A stretch of DNA of 64,000 nt from an uncultured Lachnospiraceae bacterium (GTDB lineage: Bacteria > Bacillota > Clostridia > Lachnospirales > Lachnospiraceae): NCBI GenBank assembly GCA_947382625.1, contig CANDAG010000018.1:4881-68880 (forward strand), written 5' to 3'. The position numbers were made by a program, and so were the translations under genes. The notes under the pieces were generated by a model. It had not been told where the DNA came from and did not search any database. It saw nothing but the letters and a program-made list of their open reading frames with translations. How positions within the stretch are numbered: position 1 is the first letter of the stretch; each line of letters begins with the position of its first letter. Positions 57,781-64,000 of the stretch are shown piece by piece.

Positions 57781-58631
57781 GCAAGAATTTCATACGCCTG
57801 CTTACAGTACTTCTCCGGGATATCCGGCCAGACACATTCTCCCCGCTCTTTTCTGCACAGATCCATTGCCATTTGAAGGAGCAGCGCATGGGCGCTTATA
57901 CCGGTGTGCAGAAGAAGTATGGTAGCCTTGCACCAGTAAGGGGCAAGCTGGTCCAGCCTGGCGGCGTACAGATGATCGATTTCCTTTTGGACAGGATAAT
58001 CCAGAGAGAGGAATTCCTCTTCCCAGGTATTTTTGTTTTGATGAAGGAGCATAAATTGAGTTTTTTGGCAGACACCAAGAGGCGAACCTACAGAACCTGG
58101 ATTCAGGATGGCCTTTTCCCCTGCCGAAATCTTTTGCTGGATATGGGTGTGACCGCACAGTATAAGACGCGTGGGACTGCGGCCTAAAATATTCAGGGTG
58201 TTTTGGTCCGTCAAAAGAAGCTTTTCTTTGTTGCTGAAGGGAGACCCATGGCAGATAGTAAATGGCTCCGCATTTTCTAAAGCAATGGTCCGGGTAATCC
58301 CCATTTCTCCAAAAAAGTCCAGATCCCGATCGGTAAGATTTTGATAGGTGTAATGCAGGGAACCGGTAATGGTATTGTATGGCACCCAGCCTGCTGCCCC
58401 TGAATCGTGGTAGCTTAACCAGTAGTCTTCTTTGTTTCCTCTGATAAAAATGCAGTGATATGTATCCCTGAGGTGATACAGATATTCCATGGTTCTCTGG
58501 GGGTATGCAAAATCACCCAGATAATCGCCTAAAAACAGGAATGTTGTGATCCCTCTTTTCAGGGCGTAATTGGTACAGGCTTTCAGTGCCTCATAATTTC
58601 CATGTATATCGGATAATACTGCGATGTCCAT
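57759..58631 (-). CDS. Metallophosphoesterase
   Basis: SDIHGN, LGD, RGN, HGSP, GHTH, NPGSVG. Confidence 0.9.
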   Translation of the reverse strand: MDIAVLSDIHGNYEALKACTNYALKRGITTFLFLGDYLGDFAYPQRTMEYLYHLRDTYHCIFIRGNKEDYWLSYHDSGAAGWVPYNTITGSLHYTYQNLTDRDLDFFGEMGITRTIALENAEPFTICHGSPFSNKEKLLLTDQNTLNILGRSPTRLILCGHTHIQQKISAGEKAILNPGSVGSPLGVCQKTQFMLLHQNKNTWEEEFLSLDYPVQKEIDHLYAARLDQLAPYWCKATILLLHTGISAHALLLQMAMDLCRKERGECVWPDIPEKYCKQAYEILAKQTGQP

Positions 58632-58664
58632 AGCGGTCTCCCATTGAGAATATTGAATGAAGAA

Positions 58665-59108
58665 TCATGCCTCAAAACCGTGTTCTTTTGCCCAGGCAAA
58701 GAGACTCTCATAGGCAGCCTTCTGGTTAAGAATGGTACTTTCTTGCGCCTGTATAATATTGTCCTTTTCTCCTAAAAGAGTATCCTTTTCTTCCAGTAAT
58801 GTGTCTTTTTTCTTAAGCATATCCTGCCATCCCAGTTGTGTACGGTAGTAATCTTCCCGTGCTTCGCATTGCATGCGGATTTTTTCTTCCTGAGTGAGTT
58901 GGTAAATAGTTTCGACAGCTTCATTAATATACTTATTTTTGGGTGTAAGGGTCATAAGTTCCTCCCATGTGGTGGATCTGAAAAGAGAAGCCCAGTAATC
59001 TATCTGATATTGTTTGTCTTCCATAGTTGCCAAGTCTGTACGAGTTAAGTCTAACACAGAAAGACGTAGCTTGTCACTATATAAAGAATGATTCTTTACA
59101 TTTAAAAA
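58665..59108 (-). pseudogene. 3' remnant of an Rpn-family (PD-(D/E)XK) nuclease gene
   Basis: LNVKNHSLYSDKLRLSVLDL..WASLF..TTWEEL..EEKIRMQCEAREDY with a heptad-repeat tail; N-terminus absent. Confidence 0.8.
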
Positions 59109-59276
59109 GACAATCCCACCACACCTTTCAAAATAAAATCTTAATATTTCCCCAAGAAAAAAATAACCAATCCTAAGTAAAATCTAAAAAGGCTCGTTTT
59201 CCTTTTTTGTTATGCTTTTAGGCATAAAAACAAACTCTCCGGTGTCAGAAGAAGGGTTTAAGGAAGGAAAATAACG

Positions 59277-60317
59277 ATGGATAAACTGAATGTTGCAGTA
59301 TTTTTTGGAGGAAAATCCTCCGAATACAGTGTGTCTTTGGAATCCGCCTATGCGGTGATCAAAAATATAAACAGGGAGAAATACCGGCCTGTGGCGGTGG
59401 GGATTTCAGAAAAAGGGGACTGGTTTTATTTTCAGGGGGATGTGGAGAAGATCAGGGAGGATACCTGGTTAAATGAGGAGGATGCGGTTCCTGCCATGCT
59501 CTCCCCCAGAAGGAGTGAGCGCAGGCTGTTGATACTTGGCAGGGAAGGGATCAGCTTCATCCCTGTCGATGCGGCGTTTCCGGTGCTGCACGGAAAAAAC
59601 GGAGAGGACGGCACGATTCAGGGGCTGATCGAGCTTTCCGGGATCCCTCTGGTGGGCTGTGGAGTTTTAGCCTCCTCCCTTTGTATGGATAAGGACAGAG
59701 CTCACAGGCTGGTGGGGTTAGAAGGTGTGCGGGTACCAAAGGCGCGGGTGTTCCGGCAGCGTCAGGCCGGGGAAGTGAAGGGCTTTGCCGGGGAGCTTGG
59801 GTATCCTCTTTTTGTGAAGCCGGTAAAGGCCGGCTCCTCCTACGGGGTCACCAGGGTGCAGAAGCCGGAGGAGCTGGAAGCTGCCATCTGGCTTGCCTTC
59901 CAGCATGATGATGAGATCATTGTGGAGGAAAATATAGAAGGCTTTGAGGTTGGCTGCGCAGTACTGGGGAATGTGGACCTGATGGTAGGGGAAGTGGATG
60001 AGATCGAGCTTGCAGGGGGATTTTTTGATTTTACCGAAAAGTACACCCTGAAAACCTCCGCAATCTATGTGCCGGCAAGGATTGACAATGAAAAAGCAGC
60101 AGAGATCAAGAGGGCGGCGCAGGTTATTTATAAGGCCCTTGGATGTAGGGGCTTTGCACGGGTGGATATGTTCTTAACGCCTGACGGAGAAATCGTTTTT
60201 AATGAGGTAAACACGATCCCGGGCTTTACGGAGCACAGCCGCTATCCGGGAATGATGAAGGCGGCAGGCTACTCCTTTCAGGAGGTTTTAGACAAAATTC
60301 TGGCATTGGCGCTGTAG
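59277..60317 (+). CDS. vanG: D-Ala-D-Ser ligase (VanG-like)
   Basis: GGKSSEY, LHGKNGEDG, FFDFTEKY, NEVNTIPGFTEHSRYP; cotranscribed with vanXY/vanT. Confidence 0.8.
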   Translation: MDKLNVAVFFGGKSSEYSVSLESAYAVIKNINREKYRPVAVGISEKGDWFYFQGDVEKIREDTWLNEEDAVPAMLSPRRSERRLLILGREGISFIPVDAAFPVLHGKNGEDGTIQGLIELSGIPLVGCGVLASSLCMDKDRAHRLVGLEGVRVPKARVFRQRQAGEVKGFAGELGYPLFVKPVKAGSSYGVTRVQKPEELEAAIWLAFQHDDEIIVEENIEGFEVGCAVLGNVDLMVGEVDEIELAGGFFDFTEKYTLKTSAIYVPARIDNEKAAEIKRAAQVIYKALGCRGFARVDMFLTPDGEIVFNEVNTIPGFTEHSRYPGMMKAAGYSFQEVLDKILALAL

Positions 60318-60332
60318 GAGCAAAGAGAAGCA

Positions 60333-61106
60333 ATGAAAAAATTGGTTTTGCAGAAAGAAGAAATCTATTCCGGCAGTCTGATACTGGTAAACCGGACATA
60401 TGCCTATAAAGAAAACAGAAGCGGATTCCCGGAGCTGTCCCTGCTGCCGGGTTTGGAAGAAGAGCCGGAAATTCTTTTGCAGCGCAGGGCGGCAGTTCTT
60501 CTTTTATATTTAATGGACAAGATTAACGGATGGCAGGGAATCGTGCCGGTCAGCGGCTGGCGTTCTCTCAGGGAACAGGAGGAGATCTGGGACAGCTCTC
60601 TAAAGGAAAACGGCAGAAAATTTACGGAGACCTATGTTGCGGTTCCCGGGCACAGCGAGCATCAGACAGGTCTTGCCATCGATCTGGGAAGGAAGCAGGA
60701 TTCTGTTGATTTTATCCGTCCGGAATTTCCCTATACCGGTATCTGCGGCGTTTTTCGGGAAAGGGCGGCGGAATATGGATTTATAGAGCGGTATCCTGAG
60801 GGGAAAGAGGCTGTTACCGGGATTGGATATGAGCCCTGGCATTTCCGGTATGTAGGGGTTCCTCATGCAGGGATCATGGAGCGTGAGGGGCTGACATTGG
60901 AGGAATATATTGATTTCCTCAGACAGTTTCCTTATGGGGAGAGGCCTTATCGTTACTGCAGGGAGGGGCAGGAATTTCTGGTTTCTTATCTGGAGCTGTC
61001 GGAAGCGATTACGATCGAAATAGACGACAGCCATCCTTACTGGATTTCCGGCAATAATGCGGATGGTTTTGTGATCACTCAGGAAAGGAGCAGGCATGGG
61101 TACTAG
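60333..61106 (+). CDS. vanXY: D,D-peptidase (VanXY/VanY, M15B)
   Basis: SEHQTGLAID and EPWH motifs; no TM segment. Confidence 0.8.
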   Translation: MKKLVLQKEEIYSGSLILVNRTYAYKENRSGFPELSLLPGLEEEPEILLQRRAAVLLLYLMDKINGWQGIVPVSGWRSLREQEEIWDSSLKENGRKFTETYVAVPGHSEHQTGLAIDLGRKQDSVDFIRPEFPYTGICGVFRERAAEYGFIERYPEGKEAVTGIGYEPWHFRYVGVPHAGIMEREGLTLEEYIDFLRQFPYGERPYRYCREGQEFLVSYLELSEAITIEIDDSHPYWISGNNADGFVITQERSRHGY

Positions 61107-63288
61107 ACGAAGCTATGGAGGACTGGATCATTTTAGGATGATCGCGGCGGTTCTGGTGATCGCGATCCACACCTCGCCTCTGGCATCCTTCGGCCCGGAG
61201 GGAGACTTTTTTCTCACGAGAGTGCTGGCAAGAGTGGCAGTGCCCTTTTTTTTCATGGTCACAGGACAGTTTGTACTTTCGGATGTTCTTGCCCGCAAAA
61301 GGGGGAGCAGCAGGCGGCTTTTCCGGTATCTGAAAAAGACGGCTCTGCTTTACGGGATTGCCATTTGCATCTATATCCCTATCGGGATTTATGCAGGGCA
61401 TTATAAGGAAATGACAGTGGGGCTCCTGCTGAAAATGTTGTTTTTTGACGGGACCTTTTATCACCTGTGGTATTTTCCGGCCTGTCTATTGGGGGTGATG
61501 CTGGTATATCTGATGAGCAGATGCATGGATAAAAGAGGGATGACTGCCGCGGCGGGAGGTCTTTATGTGCTGGGACTTTTGGGGGATAGCTATTACGGGC
61601 TTACCCAAAGCATACCGGTGCTTTCAGCGGCGTATGAGGCCGGTTTCCAGATTTTTTCTTATACCCGGAACGGCATTTTTTTTGCGCCCCTTTTTCTGAT
61701 CCTGGGAGCGGAGGTCGGCGGAGAACAGCCGGTAGGCAATAAGAAGGACACAGGGGAAAGGGGTGTTACGGGCAGAGGCTTTGATGGTCTGCTCCTGGTT
61801 TTTTCTTTTCTGGCAATGACAGGGGAAGCTTTTTTGCTGCGGTATCTTGATTTTCAGCGTCATGACAGTATGTATCTGGCCCTGATCCCCACCATGATCT
61901 GTTTGTACAGAGTGCTTTTGTCCTGGGACAGGAAGCCGGCAAAGGTACTTCGTATCCTTGGGGCATGGATCTATATTCTGCATCCGGCCATGATCGTGGT
62001 GGTACGCGGCGGGGCGAAGGCAGTCCATATGACGGAGCTTTTGGTGGACAACAGTCTGGGCCATTATCTGGCGGTAACCATCCTTTCCGTAATCGCAGCC
62101 TTTTTGGTTTCCCTTCTGGTCATCCGTTTGAGCAGGGTGAGATTTGGCTGCAGCAGAGCCTGGGTGGAGCTGGATATGGAAGCATTGGGGCAAAATGCGG
62201 ATTTTCTTAAGTCACGGCTGGAGAGGGAGTGCCTCCTGATGCCGGCAGTCAAGGCGAACGCCTACGGTCACGGGGCAGTTTTGGTGGCAGGGGAACTGAA
62301 TCGGAGAGGCGTCAGGGCTTTTTGCGTGGCCTGTGCAGAGGAAGGGGCGGATTTAAGAGCCCATGGGATCGAAGGAGAAATTCTGATCCTGGGCTATACC
62401 CATCCGGATGAGTTTGACCTGCTTTTGCGTTATGGACTGACCCAGACCGTGGTGGATGTTTCCTATGGGGAGCTGCTTGACAGGTACGGGAAGGCTGCGA
62501 AGCGCAAGATTCCTGTGCATATCGGGGTTGATACCGGAATGCACAGGATCGGGGAAGCATGGGAAAATGTTGAGGGGATCGCAGGCCTTTTTCACAGGGA
62601 GTATCTGGCAGTGGAGGGGCTGTTTACCCATCTGTGTGCCGATGATGTGCTTAAGGAGCGCGAAAGGGAATTTACCCTGGGACAGGCAAGGGCTTTTTAT
62701 GAGCTGGCAGGAAGGCTCAAAGGCAGGGGATGCTTTTGCCCGAAGCTCCATCTGCAGTCCAGCTACAGTGTGCTGAATTATCCGGAGCTGGCCGGGGATT
62801 ACGCCAGGGTTGGGATTGCGCTGTACGGGGTGTTAAGCACCAGAGAGGATACGGAGAAATGGAAAAATGCTCTGCAGCCCGTATTGTCCTTAAAGACCAG
62901 AGTAGCGGCAGTCAAAAATCTCCATCCGGGAGAGGCAGTAGGCTATGGACTGCAGTTTACGGCGGATAAGGAAATGCAGATTGCCACTCTTTCCATCGGC
63001 TATGCGGACGGGCTGCCCAGAGATCTTTCGGGAGGGGTTGGCAGCGTCCTGATCGGCGGCGTGAGGGCACCGATCCTTGGACGGATGTGTATGGATCAGA
63101 CCATTGTGGATATCAGCCGTGTGCCCATGGTACAGACAGGCGATGAAGCGGTGCTGATCGGGAGATCCGGCGGCGAGGAGATCACAGCGGCTGATCTGGC
63201 GGAGCAGGCAGGGACCATTACCAATGAGATTTTGAGCAGATTAGGGGCGAGGCTTGAGAGGACTGTGGTGCGTGGTGAAGTTCAGTAG
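61096..63288 (+). CDS. vanT: Membrane-bound serine racemase
   Basis: N-terminal multi-TM domain plus PLP racemase (VKANAYGHG, DTGMHR, GRMCMDQ). Confidence 0.92.
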   Translation: MGTRRSYGGLDHFRMIAAVLVIAIHTSPLASFGPEGDFFLTRVLARVAVPFFFMVTGQFVLSDVLARKRGSSRRLFRYLKKTALLYGIAICIYIPIGIYAGHYKEMTVGLLLKMLFFDGTFYHLWYFPACLLGVMLVYLMSRCMDKRGMTAAAGGLYVLGLLGDSYYGLTQSIPVLSAAYEAGFQIFSYTRNGIFFAPLFLILGAEVGGEQPVGNKKDTGERGVTGRGFDGLLLVFSFLAMTGEAFLLRYLDFQRHDSMYLALIPTMICLYRVLLSWDRKPAKVLRILGAWIYILHPAMIVVVRGGAKAVHMTELLVDNSLGHYLAVTILSVIAAFLVSLLVIRLSRVRFGCSRAWVELDMEALGQNADFLKSRLERECLLMPAVKANAYGHGAVLVAGELNRRGVRAFCVACAEEGADLRAHGIEGEILILGYTHPDEFDLLLRYGLTQTVVDVSYGELLDRYGKAAKRKIPVHIGVDTGMHRIGEAWENVEGIAGLFHREYLAVEGLFTHLCADDVLKEREREFTLGQARAFYELAGRLKGRGCFCPKLHLQSSYSVLNYPELAGDYARVGIALYGVLSTREDTEKWKNALQPVLSLKTRVAAVKNLHPGEAVGYGLQFTADKEMQIATLSIGYADGLPRDLSGGVGSVLIGGVRAPILGRMCMDQTIVDISRVPMVQTGDEAVLIGRSGGEEITAADLAEQAGTITNEILSRLGARLERTVVRGEVQ

Positions 63289-63329
63289 GAGATCTTTGCA
63301 GTAATGCAAAAATCCACATCCTTCTCTTA

Positions 63330-63809
63330 TTATATTTTGCCCTGGATCGACTGTAAATTTATCATGGAAACCATCTGGCTTTGCACTTCCTCAACGGTTT
63401 CAATCCTTACCCTGCCGATCCTGTCTCTTATCGATTTAAAATCTATATCGGGAAATAGTCTTTCACATAGACTGTTTGTTTCAGGCGATGCTCCCATGCA
63501 GGCTGTGACGAGAGAATCAGCGTCAAACTGTTTGAATGCCTCTCTTAAATCCTTTTCGGGAAGGGCAGATATCTGCTCAAAATCAGTGACACGCTGCGGC
63601 TGTATATTTGGCTCTAATATATCGTTTATCGTGACATTGTATAATTTGGAGATTTTCAGCAAAACCTCTAAATCAGGAATCGTTGTTCCTGTTTCCCATT
63701 TTGAAACAGCCTGTCTTGAGATGTTTAGCTTTTTCGCTAAATCTTCTTGTGTGTAATTATGGCTTTTACGCAGAAATTGCAGATACCCTGCTATAAGATT
63801 CACGTTCAT
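63330..63809 (-). CDS. XRE-family regulator with FliG-C-like C-terminal domain
   Basis: TQEDLAKKLNISRQAVSKWE; tail DFEQISAL..SLVTACMGAS..GRVRIETVEEVQSQMV. Confidence 0.8.
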   Translation of the reverse strand: MNVNLIAGYLQFLRKSHNYTQEDLAKKLNISRQAVSKWETGTTIPDLEVLLKISKLYNVTINDILEPNIQPQRVTDFEQISALPEKDLREAFKQFDADSLVTACMGASPETNSLCERLFPDIDFKSIRDRIGRVRIETVEEVQSQMVSMINLQSIQGKI

Positions 63810-63882
63810 AAAAATCACTCTCCTTTGCTGTAATTATATGGCATATGGACGGAAGGGAAAAGAATTTGATAAGCGCACAAAA

Positions 63883-63897
63883 GCAACTGTCGGTTGC
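63883..63897. promoter_or_regulatory. Putative XRE operator
   Basis: GCAAC-N5-GTTGC. Confidence 0.55.
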
Positions 63898-63977
63898 GTA
63901 TACTTTATTGTATCCTGATATTTTATATGTTATAATCAGATCACTTAAATGTTATATTATAACGCAAGGGGGGAGCC

Positions 63978-64000
63978 ATGAAAAGTTCCGAAATCATTAA
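63978..64000 (+). CDS. Start of a CDS truncated by the window edge
   Basis: GGGGAG RBS followed by ATG; too short to assign a product. Confidence 0.4.

Noticed and set aside
66-62969. Many long antisense or alternate-frame ORFs in the track (e.g. 66-722, 5360-6103, 31110-31862, 34510-35256)
   Set aside because: Shadows of well-supported genes, with no RBS or recognisable motifs.

Overview
Mosaic chromosomal window of a Firmicute, probably a gut Lachnospiraceae (inferred from gene content and GGAGG ribosome-binding sites). It encodes many carbohydrate genes (GH2, GH78, DUF4038, GH13, GH31, GH3, GH88 and a hexuronate locus with an NxKG-type beta-glucuronidase plus uxuA/uxuB), sdaAB/sdaAA, a two-component system with an ABC exporter, tRNA-Gly(GCC) beside an AT-rich accessory patch, and a vanG-like ligase-vanXY-vanT operon with no adjacent vanRS. 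The most striking feature is a dispersed family of 36-38 bp hairpins: about 11 clear copies and several degenerate ones. They share one architecture (4-bp outer stem, TAA/GT internal loop, 6-7 bp covarying stem, T.T mismatch, NGC-GNA-GCN cap) and occur singly, in tandem, right after terminators, and apparently as 12-codon in-frame inserts in two genes. No transposase or integrase is visible in the window. Other oddities are a collapsed three-piece copy of the DUF4038 gene, an XRE regulator fused to a FliG-C-like domain, and an orphan RpnS-like ORF. All product calls come from motif recognition, not database searches.
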